Shown: positions 19,284 through 29,263 of the stretch, in pieces
How positions within the stretch are numbered: position 1 is the first letter of the stretch
How the letters are laid out: the number at the start of each line of letters is the position of its first letter
Assembly (NCBI GenBank): GCA_016432645.1
Contig: CP066698.1
Span: 133,062-197,061 of the forward strand
Direction of reading: 5' to 3'
DNA: 64,000 bases
DNA from: Candidatus Falkowbacteria bacterium
GTDB taxonomy: Bacteria; Patescibacteriota; Patescibacteriia; Patescibacteriales; UBA12465
The notes under the pieces: generated by a model
Told to the model about the DNA's origin: nothing
Seen by the model: the letters and a program-made list of their open reading frames with translations, nothing else
Database searches by the model: none
Made by a program: the position numbers and the translations under genes

Positions 19284-19811
19284 ATGTATTTAATGCTGAT
19301 AATTTTTTTAGTTCTCTTGGCTTATTTTGTCTTTTTTGTTTCCCAATTTTATAACGTCTTTTTTAAAGGCTATGCCCCTTTTATTTCTACCGACCGGGAA
19401 ACCATTAAGACTATTTTGGCGGCCAGTTCCATTAGTACACCTTTTATAGTCTATGAACTCGGCTGCGGCCGTGCGCGTTTTTTAAGGATTGCCGAGAAAA
19501 TTTTTCCCGGACTCAGGCTAATCGGGGTAGAAAATCTAGCCAGTCTTTATTACCTTAATTGGTTAAGATTGAAACTTTCTTTCAGTAAAATACAATTATG
19601 GAAAAAAGATTTTTTAGCGCTTAATTTGCAAGACGCCGATTTGATTTACTGCTATTTAAACAACGATACCATGAAAAAATTGGGAGATAAGTTCAGTAAA
19701 GAATGCCGCGGGGGCACTCAGATTGTCAGCCGGAGCTTTCCGATTCCGCAATTTATTCCCGAGAAGGTTTTGAATGTCAAAAATAAAAAAATCTATTTTT
19801 ATAAAATATAA
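19284..19811 (+). CDS. Class I SAM-dependent methyltransferase
   Basis: APFIST, ELGCGRA, ADLIYCYL. Confidence 0.85.
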   Translation: MYLMLIIFLVLLAYFVFFVSQFYNVFFKGYAPFISTDRETIKTILAASSISTPFIVYELGCGRARFLRIAEKIFPGLRLIGVENLASLYYLNWLRLKLSFSKIQLWKKDFLALNLQDADLIYCYLNNDTMKKLGDKFSKECRGGTQIVSRSFPIPQFIPEKVLNVKNKKIYFYKI

Positions 19812-19826
19812 AGAGCTAACGCCTCT

Positions 19827-20543
19827 TTATTTTTTATTTGTAAAATCGCAGTTTAGGCATTCATCTTTACTTAATTCTTTTTTTCTGGCTGCAATTTGAG
19901 CTTCAGCCTTTTCAATATCGGAAAAGTCTCTCAAGCCTTCCCATTTTTCGCGGAAGTTCTTAGCGTCCAGATAATCCACAAATTTATTGTATTGAGAATG
20001 AGTTTTTTCAACGCGGGTTGCATATTTGATCGGGCACCAATAGCGTTCGGTTCGTCCGGATATTTCTACGGCATATTGCAGGAGATTATTAAAATAGCTG
20101 CAGTAGATGCAATTTAGTTTTTCTATCCAATTCAAATAGGGCAGCAGGCGGCGATTATAAATAAAATAATCTCCCGGTTTGACGCGCGGAATGCCATAGA
20201 TTCGGAAGCAGACTTGATGATATATTTCTAGGCAAAGATGGAAAAATAAGCCAGGGATAATCATGCCGTAGATAAAAGGCATGCTGATAATGTATTTAAA
20301 ATTAAGTGGGAAAAAAGTTTTAAGCGAACTTAGTTTCCAGGCCCTTAAATTGTTGGCCTGCGCTTTTAGTTCCTGAAAAATATTTACCTTAAAATCAAGC
20401 GAACTGATGGCGGCATCAAAAGATTTCTTAACCTCTTCGCTCCAGTCCTCTAGTTTTTTAATTTGGACATCTTTACTTGCTTCCAGATTTTTTTGAATTT
20501 CTTTTAATCTTCTGCCCAAGTCTTCTTTTATTTTGTTAGCCAT
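19827..20543 (-). CDS. Conserved hypothetical Cys-motif membrane protein
   Basis: NCIYCSY and TERYWCPIK motifs, one TM. Confidence 0.7.
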   Translation of the reverse strand: MANKIKEDLGRRLKEIQKNLEASKDVQIKKLEDWSEEVKKSFDAAISSLDFKVNIFQELKAQANNLRAWKLSSLKTFFPLNFKYIISMPFIYGMIIPGLFFHLCLEIYHQVCFRIYGIPRVKPGDYFIYNRRLLPYLNWIEKLNCIYCSYFNNLLQYAVEISGRTERYWCPIKYATRVEKTHSQYNKFVDYLDAKNFREKWEGLRDFSDIEKAEAQIAARKKELSKDECLNCDFTNKK

Positions 20544-20661
20544 TTTGTTTCTCGCTTAATAATAAAATTACTACTAAAATACCATTAATTGACTAAAAAA
20601 TCAATAAATACTTTAATTGAAGATAAGTATTAGCAAAACGTATTAATAAGCGCTATAATGA

Positions 20662-21801
20662 ATGAAAATAAGTAATTTTATGTCCGAATATAGATACTAT
20701 ATTAAAAAAATCTTTCAACCGGCGCCAAATCAAGTAATTATTGAAGCTGGCGATAAAGTGGGGCGCCCGGTTTTTAAATATCAACCTGGGCAATATGCCA
20801 TGATTTCTTATCGCAATCGGCGCGGCCAGCTGGAAGATAAGCATGCTTTTTCTCTGGCTAGCTCTCCAGCTAATTCCCAAAGCATTATTTTTGGTATTAA
20901 AATTGAGGGCGCTTTTACGCGCGGCCTTTTAGATTTGCAGGTCGGCGATGAACTAAGAGTTTTTGGCCCTTATGGAAATTTTTGCTATCAGGCCAATAAA
21001 TATCCGGATGCTGTGATGATTGCCGGCGGAATTGGTATTACGCCTTTTTTTAGCGCCTTAAATTATGCCCACGATCTTAAGCTTAGTAACAAGTTAGCGC
21101 TCATCTATAGCGCCCGCACCAGATTAGGAGCTACTTTTTATCCGGAAATCAGAAATTTACAAGCTAATAATCCTAATTTAAAAACGCTTTTTTCTTTTAC
21201 GGAAGAAAGCGGCGCGGTTGAGGCTAATATCATAAATACTAGAATTGGCGCTGAGCAAATTAAAAATTTTATCGGCGATATTAATGGTAAAACTTTTTTT
21301 ATCTGCGGTCCCAGTTTGTTTATGGCGGCTATAGTCGCCAATCTTCTAAAGCTGGGAGTGCCGCGCGCGCAAATTAAAATGGAAGAATTTTCCATGATTC
21401 CCGATAAATCTTGGAGCGCCCGATTAAAAAATATTTCTTATGCCCTCGCTTTCTCCGTCTTGGTCGGGGCGATTATTTTTTTTAGTTTTATTTACGAACC
21501 GAAGAGTAAGGCGTCTAAGAATAATTATGATGCTAATCAGCTGGCGGCGATTAATTCAGCGACTTACGAACGGATGATTACTATTTATGATAGGAAAAAT
21601 AAAGCACTCGCTGATTTAAATCAACAAATTTTAGCCGCTACGAATAAAGCGGCTACAAATGCGACGTCGGCGGGAAACCCTGTCGGAACGCCAGCAGCCG
21701 CTCCGGTTTATAGGCCAGCCACGGTTTATACTCCCGCCCCGGTTTATACGCCGCCCAAAACGTCTCCGGTTCCGACCACCGGAGTTAGCCGTGCACGCTA
21801 A
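20662..21801 (+). CDS. FAD/NAD(P)-binding FNR-family oxidoreductase with C-terminal TM and Pro/Thr-rich tail
   Basis: PGQY, HAFSLAS, GPYG, AGGIGITPF, ICGP, EEF; TM; tail ending PVPTTGVSRAR; start may be ATG 20680. Confidence 0.9.
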   Translation: MKISNFMSEYRYYIKKIFQPAPNQVIIEAGDKVGRPVFKYQPGQYAMISYRNRRGQLEDKHAFSLASSPANSQSIIFGIKIEGAFTRGLLDLQVGDELRVFGPYGNFCYQANKYPDAVMIAGGIGITPFFSALNYAHDLKLSNKLALIYSARTRLGATFYPEIRNLQANNPNLKTLFSFTEESGAVEANIINTRIGAEQIKNFIGDINGKTFFICGPSLFMAAIVANLLKLGVPRAQIKMEEFSMIPDKSWSARLKNISYALAFSVLVGAIIFFSFIYEPKSKASKNNYDANQLAAINSATYERMITIYDRKNKALADLNQQILAATNKAATNATSAGNPVGTPAAAPVYRPATVYTPAPVYTPPKTSPVPTTGVSRAR

Positions 21802-21821
21802 TTTAATTAATTTCTTTGCTT

Positions 21822-22238
21822 ATGGAAAAGATTAATTTTAAAAAAACCTTATTGCCGTTTTTTATAATATTAACGCTATTTGTTTCCGCTTTTTCTTTTG
21901 CTTCTTGGAGCCGCGCTGAAGATGATGATGAAGAAGGCGAGCGTTTTTGGTTTTTAGAAAGAGAAGAACGAGAAGAAGATGAAGGGGGAGGGCGAGAGGA
22001 GGATGAAAATGGGTATGAGAACGAAGAATGGGAACCTAATTCCGAAAATATTACTGATACCCCGGTAATTATTAATCCGGTAAATGAAACTATAGATTTG
22101 GCGGCTCTAATAGACTCTGATCAAGACGGAATTATTGATTCCGCCGATAAATATCCTAGTGAGGATGATTTTGCTTATTTATTATTAGATAAAAATAAAA
22201 ACGGAATAGGTGACGATTTAGAAAAAATATTAAAATAA
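21822..22238 (+). CDS. Secreted acidic protein with TSP3-like Ca-binding motif
   Basis: Signal peptide, poly-E/D stretch, DSDQDGIIDSADKYP. Confidence 0.7.
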   Translation: MEKINFKKTLLPFFIILTLFVSAFSFASWSRAEDDDEEGERFWFLEREEREEDEGGGREEDENGYENEEWEPNSENITDTPVIINPVNETIDLAALIDSDQDGIIDSADKYPSEDDFAYLLLDKNKNGIGDDLEKILK

Positions 22239-22243
22239 TTTGC

Positions 22244-23191
22244 ATGATGTGGCGTGAATTTAAAGCTCTAGGAACAGATATTATTTTTTTTCTGCCAGAG
22301 GTATTTGAATCAGATAAAATCTTGGCGGCGGCCGAAAAAGAAGTCTTGAATTTTGAAAAAAGATTTAGCCGTTTTATTTCCGGCAGCGAACTTAACATTT
22401 TTAATGATTCCAAGAAAACAGAAATTGAGGTAACTGATACTATGGCCGAACTTCTGCGCTTGGCTAAATATTATTATTTAAAAACTGATGGCGCTTTTGA
22501 CCCGACGATTATCGGCAGCTTGGAGGGGATTGGCTATGATAAAAATTTTTTGGATTTAGGAGCAAGCGATTTGTTGGCTGAACCTAAAAAACTTGATTTG
22601 AAAAAAATTCAAACTGAATTTGCGTTCCGGCCAAAAATGGAGGCTATAAAAATTGTCGGCCGGCAGATTTTTCGGCCCAGCGGGTTCCGGCTTGATTTAG
22701 GCGGTTTTGCTAAAGGCTATATTGTTGATTTATTGGGCGCTACAGTTTTTAAAGGGGTGAAAAATTTTTTAATTTCTGCCGGCGGCGATATTTGGGCCGT
22801 GGGCAACCAAGAGGGCGCCAAGGGCTGGGATGTGGCCGTGCAAAATCCGCTTGCTCCGGAAGAAAATATTTTTTTTCTTAACACCCGCGGCCAGCGCTTA
22901 GGAATCGCCACTTCCGGAATTTTAGAGAGAACTTGGAAAAAAGAAAATTTTAAAGCCCATCATATTATTGATCCCGGTTCCGGATTGCCGGCCGAAAATA
23001 ATATTTTATCCGTGACAGTTATTTCGGCCGATGCCGTCAAGGCTGATATTTACGCCAAGGCCGTTTTAATTTTAGGGATAGAAAAAGGTTTAAAATTTAT
23101 TGAAAAGGAAAAAGATTCTGCTTGTATAATATTCACTAAAGATAAAAAAACGCTTTTTTCTAAGCGCGCTAATAATTATTTAAAGAAATAA
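22244..23191 (+). CDS. apbE: FAD:protein FMN transferase
   Basis: ALGT, GAFDPT, DLGGFAKGY, AGGD, ATSG, HHIIDP motifs. Confidence 0.95.
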   Translation: MMWREFKALGTDIIFFLPEVFESDKILAAAEKEVLNFEKRFSRFISGSELNIFNDSKKTEIEVTDTMAELLRLAKYYYLKTDGAFDPTIIGSLEGIGYDKNFLDLGASDLLAEPKKLDLKKIQTEFAFRPKMEAIKIVGRQIFRPSGFRLDLGGFAKGYIVDLLGATVFKGVKNFLISAGGDIWAVGNQEGAKGWDVAVQNPLAPEENIFFLNTRGQRLGIATSGILERTWKKENFKAHHIIDPGSGLPAENNILSVTVISADAVKADIYAKAVLILGIEKGLKFIEKEKDSACIIFTKDKKTLFSKRANNYLKK

Positions 23192-23195
23192 ATAT

Positions 23196-24101
23196 ATGAT
23201 TCAAAATATTAAAAAAGCAGCCAAGCGGCGCTTTCTAGGGTGGGGATTTTTACTCTGCAGTTTATTCTTTTTGGGGCAGGCCCTGGCCGTCGCCGCCCAG
23301 ACGAGTTCTCCTGATAATTATGTAAAAGATAGTGATTACGATGGCTTATCTGATCAGGCTGAAGTTGAGGTTTATCACTCTGATCCTTCGAAGGTTGATA
23401 CTGATGCCGATGGTTATTTAGACGCCGCTGAAATTTTAAGCGGTAGCGATGTCTTAAATCCTTCTGACCCCGCAGCTGCTTTGGCTGGACAGCTTTCGGA
23501 ATCAGAGGAAAGCAAAGCCCCGAGCAGCGTCCCTTGGTATATTACGCGGGCGGCTGGCATTTCCGCTTATCTCCTGATGTTTTTGATAGTGGTTTTAGGA
23601 GCCGGAATGACTACCGGTTATTTATATAAATATCTTAATCCTGTGCGTTCTTGGCTTACTCATAAATATTTGAGCTTAGCGATGTTTTTGGTGTTACTGG
23701 CTCATATGACCGCGCTGTTGTTTGATAATTTTATTAATCTCCGGCTTAAAGATATTTTAATTCCTTTCGCCTCGGATTTTAGCCCCTGGTTTTTAAGTTT
23801 GGGAATTCTCGGTTTTTATATTTTGTTGGCGGTCATCTTTACTTCTATTTGGTTCCGTCTAAAATATAAGCGCGCTTGGCGCAGCGTCCATTATTTCGTT
23901 TATGTTTTATTTACTTTTTCTTTTGTCCACGGCTTGTTTCTGGGAACCGACTCCCAGACCTTGGCGATGCGCTTAATTTATATTAGCACCAGTTCTATTT
24001 TTGTGTTTATTATTATTTATCGTTTTATTATTTCTCGAATTAAAAATAGAAGTTATAAACAACAAAATCAATATGAAGCTCCTAAAAACAATTCAATTTA
24101 A
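23196..24101 (+). CDS. Ferric-reductase-like (MsrQ-type) heme-b membrane protein with N-terminal TSP3-like repeats
   Basis: DSDYDGLSD and DTDADGYLD; WYITRAAG; four His in TM helices (THK, AHM, VHY, VHG). Confidence 0.85.
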   Translation: MIQNIKKAAKRRFLGWGFLLCSLFFLGQALAVAAQTSSPDNYVKDSDYDGLSDQAEVEVYHSDPSKVDTDADGYLDAAEILSGSDVLNPSDPAAALAGQLSESEESKAPSSVPWYITRAAGISAYLLMFLIVVLGAGMTTGYLYKYLNPVRSWLTHKYLSLAMFLVLLAHMTALLFDNFINLRLKDILIPFASDFSPWFLSLGILGFYILLAVIFTSIWFRLKYKRAWRSVHYFVYVLFTFSFVHGLFLGTDSQTLAMRLIYISTSSIFVFIIIYRFIISRIKNRSYKQQNQYEAPKNNSI

Positions 24102-24585
24102 AGATTTGCCGGCTGCAGAATTGGAAAAATTTGAGAAACGCGCCGCGGCGCGAGCGGTGGTTTTTGATGATGATAAAAATGTCGCCCTGCTTTATGTTGC
24201 CAAGCACAATCGGCATAAATTGCCGGGTGGCGGGGTTGATGCGGGCGAGACTATTGATGAAGCTTTAGTTCGTGAATGTTTGGAGGAAATCGGCTGTCAG
24301 GTAGAAAAATTTGCCGAGGTCGGAGAGATTGTGGAATATCGTGATAAGTGGTCTTTAGAAAACCGTTCCTTTTGTTTTTTGGCCAACCTCGTCGGCTCTA
24401 AAGGCGAGCCGGACTTTACCGCGGACGAACTTGCCAATGGTTTTGAAATAAAATGGGTTAGTTTTAAAGAAGCGATTAAATTATTAGAGGCTGACGACCC
24501 CGAAGATTATGAGGGTAAATTTATTAAAATCCGCGATACTTTATTTTTAAAAGAAGCTTATGAAATCATTACTCAACGTCGTTAA
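24073..24585 (+). CDS. NUDIX hydrolase
   Basis: PGGGVDAGETIDEALVRECLEEIG. Confidence 0.9.
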   Translation: MKLLKTIQFKDLPAAELEKFEKRAAARAVVFDDDKNVALLYVAKHNRHKLPGGGVDAGETIDEALVRECLEEIGCQVEKFAEVGEIVEYRDKWSLENRSFCFLANLVGSKGEPDFTADELANGFEIKWVSFKEAIKLLEADDPEDYEGKFIKIRDTLFLKEAYEIITQRR

Positions 24586-25102
24586 CGAAAACGATGAGAT
24601 AATTGGAGAAGAAGAACGGGGAGAAATTCATCGCCGCGGTTTATTGCATCGGGAAGTCCATGTTTATTTTTTAACCCCGGATAAAAAATTTATTTTTCAG
24701 CATCGTGCGCCCGATAAAGATTCCTATCCGGATTTATTAGATGCGGCTGTTGGCGGACATGTGGAGATCGGCGACTCTTATTTAGAAACGGCAATTAAGG
24801 AAACCAAGGAGGAAACCGGTTTAGATTTGAAAGCGGAAGATTTTATTTTTATTAATAAAACAAGGCGACACAGCGAAGACCCGGCTACCGGAAAAATAAA
24901 TAATGTCTTTGGCGAGAGTTATGCTTATATATTTAAAGGCGATGTTAATGATTTAAAAGTGGAGACGGGGAAGGCGGTTGGTTTTGAAGCTTGGGCGATT
25001 GATAAGATAATGGATTTAAATGATGCTGAAAAAAAGCGCTTTATTCCTTATATTTTAGAATTTAGTAAAACGGTTTTGCTGGAATTAAATAATAATTTAT
25101 AA
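24560..25102 (+). CDS. NUDIX hydrolase (IPP-isomerase-like subfamily)
   Basis: HRRGLLHREVH and GGHVEIGDS...KETKEETG. Confidence 0.9.
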   Translation: MKSLLNVVNENDEIIGEEERGEIHRRGLLHREVHVYFLTPDKKFIFQHRAPDKDSYPDLLDAAVGGHVEIGDSYLETAIKETKEETGLDLKAEDFIFINKTRRHSEDPATGKINNVFGESYAYIFKGDVNDLKVETGKAVGFEAWAIDKIMDLNDAEKKRFIPYILEFSKTVLLELNNNL

Positions 25103-25110
25103 ATTGATTA

Positions 25111-25662
25111 ATGGATAATTTTAAGCAAGACAATAAAATTTTATTTATTCCCGGCTGGCTGGATAGCGGGCGGCGTCTCGGCTATGTTAATTATTTAGAT
25201 ATTTGGCGCTCGGGAGTTAATATTAAAAAAGATTTCCAAGTTGAAACGGTTATTGCTCATAGTCTGGGAACAATTATTGCTCTGTATAATTGGTGCTTAC
25301 ATCGTAATTTTAGAATAATTTTAATTAATCCTGTTTTATCTCGACGAAAGTTATTGCGCCGCTGGTTAAAATATTATTTCCATGAAGGGCCATCGTCTTC
25401 ATTTAAAAAGACGCTGTCATTTTTTTCTGTTGTTTCCGCTTTGTTTAATTTAAATAAAATTTTAAAGATTCCGGCAGCTGAGATTTTAAATGAGTTGCCT
25501 TCAGAGAATTTAACCGTTATCTATGGCGCTGGCGACCGCTATCTTTATGATAAAGCGCTCGGTGAAGACTTAAGGGCGCGGGGAGTAAAGGTGATAGAAG
25601 TTAAAGAAGCCGGTCATAATTATACGAAAGAGTTTGATGAGATAATCAGTCTCAATATTTAA
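25111..25662 (+). CDS. Alpha/beta hydrolase
   Basis: AHSLG nucleophile elbow, GAGD, AGH. Confidence 0.8.
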   Translation: MDNFKQDNKILFIPGWLDSGRRLGYVNYLDIWRSGVNIKKDFQVETVIAHSLGTIIALYNWCLHRNFRIILINPVLSRRKLLRRWLKYYFHEGPSSSFKKTLSFFSVVSALFNLNKILKIPAAEILNELPSENLTVIYGAGDRYLYDKALGEDLRARGVKVIEVKEAGHNYTKEFDEIISLNI

Positions 25663-25728
25663 TATAAAAAAATAAAAAAATCGCCTCTTGTTTGGAGACG
25701 ATTTTTTTGAAAGAACGGTTTTAGTTTT

Positions 25729-26619
25729 TTACATTTGAGCAATGATGCTTTTTAAATATTCACCCAAGTGAGCAGAAGCACTTTTGGCGCGCTCAAGATT
25801 TTCTTCGTGAGAATGTTTTTCTTTGTAGCCATTAGTAACAAAACCAAGGCCAAGAATTTCAATCCCATAAAGAGACGCAATGTAAGCCTCGGGGAGCATG
25901 CTCATGCCGACTACGCCAGCACCGGTTTTACTCAAAATTTCCTTGTCATATTTATTGCCTTCAAATTGGGGGCCGCGTAACATCGCGTGTCCAGTTTTTT
26001 TAGCAATAACTAAATCCCCTTGGGATTTAAGGGCGATGTCAATTAGATTTTGACTAATAGTCTCATCAGCCGAGCAGAATTCATCGCCCCATAAGGGCAT
26101 AATTGGAGCGAAAACGGTTACGAAACCATCAATAATGGCAATGTCACCAACTTGAAGTTCCGGGTCGGGAAAAGGGAAAGTGCCGCCGGCTTTCCAAAAC
26201 TCATCCGCTAATCGTGAAAATCTTTCCGGTTGACATTTTAAAGTGCCAACCGCACTGGTGATAATAATTTTTTTTACTCCCAGATGAAAAAGCATTTCTA
26301 CTTGCAGACGCACCATTTTTAGCCAGCTTTTGCTGAATGGTTTTTCATAGAGATGGAGGCGTCCATTTAGAGCAAGAACTTGCTTGCCGGCGATTTTGCC
26401 GACAATTAAAGTTCTTTTATGACCCTCAACAACTGTGGGCAGATTCTTAAATCCAGGGATAGTGGAAAAGGGAATTTCAATTTTTTCTTCAAATTCCAAA
26501 GTGTCGCCCCAGCCGCTTCCCAGTACTACACCAATTGCTGTTTCTTCAATGTGTTGGTGTTGGCAGTTGCCAATAAATTCAGCAGCTACTCCAGCCGCTT
26601 TAACTCTTTCTTTGTTCAT
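25729..26619 (-). CDS. punA: Purine nucleoside phosphorylase (trimeric PunA type), divergent
   Basis: GVVLGSG, VEGH, GRLHLYE, GPQFE, VGMS, VTN motifs. Confidence 0.85.
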   Translation of the reverse strand: MNKERVKAAGVAAEFIGNCQHQHIEETAIGVVLGSGWGDTLEFEEKIEIPFSTIPGFKNLPTVVEGHKRTLIVGKIAGKQVLALNGRLHLYEKPFSKSWLKMVRLQVEMLFHLGVKKIIITSAVGTLKCQPERFSRLADEFWKAGGTFPFPDPELQVGDIAIIDGFVTVFAPIMPLWGDEFCSADETISQNLIDIALKSQGDLVIAKKTGHAMLRGPQFEGNKYDKEILSKTGAGVVGMSMLPEAYIASLYGIEILGLGFVTNGYKEKHSHEENLERAKSASAHLGEYLKSIIAQM

Positions 26620-26724
26620 TTTTTCAGTTTTAAAGGTTCTACAATATAAAATTTATTTTCTCATGATATTATGATTTTTTTGGGTTTATGTCAAATAGAG
26701 TTATAATATAAAAATAATAATTAT

Positions 26725-26979
26725 ATGAATAATTTTAGTGTTCGCGTTTATCAAATAGTTAAGAGAATCCCGGCCGGTCAAGTTTTAACTTACAAACAGG
26801 TCGCCGCTTTAGCTGGTAGTCCGAATGCCTTTAGAGCGGTCGGAAATATTTTACATAACAACCGTGACCCACATATTCCTTGCCATCGCGTTATCCGTTC
26901 AGATGGAAAGACCGGCGGCTATAATGGTTTAGCCGGGAAAAAAGAAAAGATTTTAAAGAAAGAAGGATACTTAAGATAG
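26725..26979 (+). CDS. ogt: O6-alkylguanine DNA alkyltransferase, minimal
   Basis: RAVG and PCHRV active site. Confidence 0.85.
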   Translation: MNNFSVRVYQIVKRIPAGQVLTYKQVAALAGSPNAFRAVGNILHNNRDPHIPCHRVIRSDGKTGGYNGLAGKKEKILKKEGYLR

Positions 26980-27048
26980 AAAAATAAGTTTTATAAAAAA
27001 ATCCCGCTCTTTTTTGGAGGCGGGATTTTGGCATTTAGCCATTTAAAA

Positions 27049-28203
27049 TTATTCAGAAAAAAATTCAATTGGACGATAGCCGTATTGGTTGACGGCTCTA
27101 GTAGCCCAGTGGTTGTCTGCTAAGGTTAAAATTAATGTTGAGCGAATTTTGCTCGGATTGGCAAAGGCGGCAAATTTATTGACTCCGATTACCATGCGGT
27201 CGCTGCCGTTTACCGGCTGAAAAATACTGTAGGCTGGAGGAGTTGACATTAAAATACCTTCTTTGGTGTAGGGCTGGTCCTGATAAACTTCAAACAGCTT
27301 TAGAGCTGGCTCTCCCTGGTCGTCTTTTTTACGCGCAAATCTCAGATAGGGAAGCCAGTGTATCCACTCGGTAATTTTTTCGCCGTTAGCGAATACAAAA
27401 CCGATTTGATTTTCCAGAGGCTGCAGTTTTGAGAGATATAACGCGCGTGAAGGACCGCCCGGTAAATCGTAGCGGAGATTTTTAATCATGTCAGCTTCTG
27501 ACATAAAATGGCTGGCGATAAAATTTTCTTTGTAGGTGCTTTTACCCATGAAGGTTGTGAAATGACGCATATGGTCAGAGCGGCAAGTGTCATGAAAGAA
27601 AATATTTTCACCATTTGTCAGGATTGTTTCTAAATCAAGCTTTGTTTGCTCGATTGGAAGTTCGTAAGAATAACAACCGGCGCTGCAAGCCAAAAATAAT
27701 TGGCGAGTGATGTAATTTACGATTACCGAGAAAATCGGCAAACCCTTACGCACACAAGTGATAGCGGAACTGCCGCCCGTTATTGGCAGAGGAGTGCCAA
27801 ATTTAGCTTCCCACATTTCTTTGAATTCCTGGTTGTTTACAGTTTCTAAAACCGACTTGGTTTTATCAGGAGTTGATTCCAGAGCTGCTTTAATTTGCGA
27901 AGAGCGATCGGTTGGATCGCTGATAAAGACAGTGCGAAAAAGGTGATGATCTTCTGGATGAGAAAAACGAATTTTTTCTCTCCCACCGGCTTCCTCGGTA
28001 ATGATTGCGCTTAGATGATCATACTCTTGCAAAGTTTCAATAATAGTAATTTCGGCCATGGCATCCATGCCCAAAGTGTCGCTTTTGCCATATTTCAGAA
28101 TAGGCCTTAAAGCTTCTTCGACCGTTGACTGCCAGAAGGCATAAGTTGATTTGGAGATAGCCCCTAAAACAGCGTTACAGTGGCTTTTTTCGATTCCTTC
28201 CAT
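27049..28203 (-). CDS. Divergent inositol-monophosphatase/FBPase (FIG) superfamily protein
   Basis: D-x2-AE (DAMAE), ITEE and DPTDRS (canonical DPLDGT). Confidence 0.55.
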   Translation of the reverse strand: MEGIEKSHCNAVLGAISKSTYAFWQSTVEEALRPILKYGKSDTLGMDAMAEITIIETLQEYDHLSAIITEEAGGREKIRFSHPEDHHLFRTVFISDPTDRSSQIKAALESTPDKTKSVLETVNNQEFKEMWEAKFGTPLPITGGSSAITCVRKGLPIFSVIVNYITRQLFLACSAGCYSYELPIEQTKLDLETILTNGENIFFHDTCRSDHMRHFTTFMGKSTYKENFIASHFMSEADMIKNLRYDLPGGPSRALYLSKLQPLENQIGFVFANGEKITEWIHWLPYLRFARKKDDQGEPALKLFEVYQDQPYTKEGILMSTPPAYSIFQPVNGSDRMVIGVNKFAAFANPSKIRSTLILTLADNHWATRAVNQYGYRPIEFFSE

Positions 28204-28401
28204 GATTTTTTCCTTTCTTTTATTTAGTTATTAGAATTGTTAAAAAACTCGATTTTCCCCACACTTTACCAGTAAATTTAGAAATTGTCAAATAGTAATA
28301 TTTGACTAATTATAAATTTTATAGTAGTTTAATTAATTGTGAATTTAGAACTTTAAAAATAATAAATAGTATAAACAAAAATCTAAAAAACATGGGACAT
28401 C

Positions 28402-29244
28402 ATGAAAACCTTGGAGTTAGAAGAAACAACTGGAAAACTGTATTGGATGCAGCGCCAGTATTTGGAAACCAAACCCAGCTGGCAGGTTCTGCCGGTTGGC
28501 GAGCCGGTACTCGGCTACCTAATGAATGCCGACTTATTGGTTGGTCCGTTTCAAAAGGAATGGCCTCGAATTCGCGCTGATGAAAGTGGTGTTGGCTCTG
28601 TTCTGATAGAATGGGGTTATGAATTAGAGTATCATGGCAATTGCGCATTTGAATTTGGCAATGAATATCTTGTGCGCAAAAGCAGCCCAGTTATTTGCCA
28701 GGAGATTGAACGTCCGTTACTGATTGTCGGCGCTTTGCGTGGCCGTCAAAAAGAAGCTGCGGGGCTACCAAAAAAACTTTTTTTTCACGACAAATTTATT
28801 CTGGACACCGGAGAAAATTATACGGGAAAAATTGTTATTGATTCTGAGATTGACGAAGTTTTTGTCAAAATTGAAGAAGCTAAAAAAGAGTGGCGGCGGC
28901 GCAAGCAAGCGCAGTTTGCTGATGAATTTTTTCGGCTTTCAAGAGACTCCGGCGTCAGTTCAACGATTGACGTCGGCGGCGAAACCGGGTTTGAGCTGGA
29001 AGATGTTCCCAGTCATTTTTTTGAGTTATATCGAAAATGTCTGTCAACTGTTTTTGACGCTCGAAGTAGTATTACCCCGACTTATCAATTAGTCTTGGTT
29101 AATAAGGCGCGGATAGAAGTGGAAGAGAGACGGATAATTTATATCTCCGTGCCCGAAGAATACAAGAAATTCATCATTGGTAAGGGAGGGGAAAATATTA
29201 AGGCTCTCCAGGAAAAATTGGGTTGTAAAATTGATTTGAAGTAA
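28402..29244 (+). CDS. Hypothetical protein with C-terminal KH domain
   Basis: IIGKGGENIKALQEKLG GxxG motif. Confidence 0.75.
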   Translation: MKTLELEETTGKLYWMQRQYLETKPSWQVLPVGEPVLGYLMNADLLVGPFQKEWPRIRADESGVGSVLIEWGYELEYHGNCAFEFGNEYLVRKSSPVICQEIERPLLIVGALRGRQKEAAGLPKKLFFHDKFILDTGENYTGKIVIDSEIDEVFVKIEEAKKEWRRRKQAQFADEFFRLSRDSGVSSTIDVGGETGFELEDVPSHFFELYRKCLSTVFDARSSITPTYQLVLVNKARIEVEERRIIYISVPEEYKKFIIGKGGENIKALQEKLGCKIDLK

Positions 29245-29263
29245 CCAACAAAAAACAAAATTA

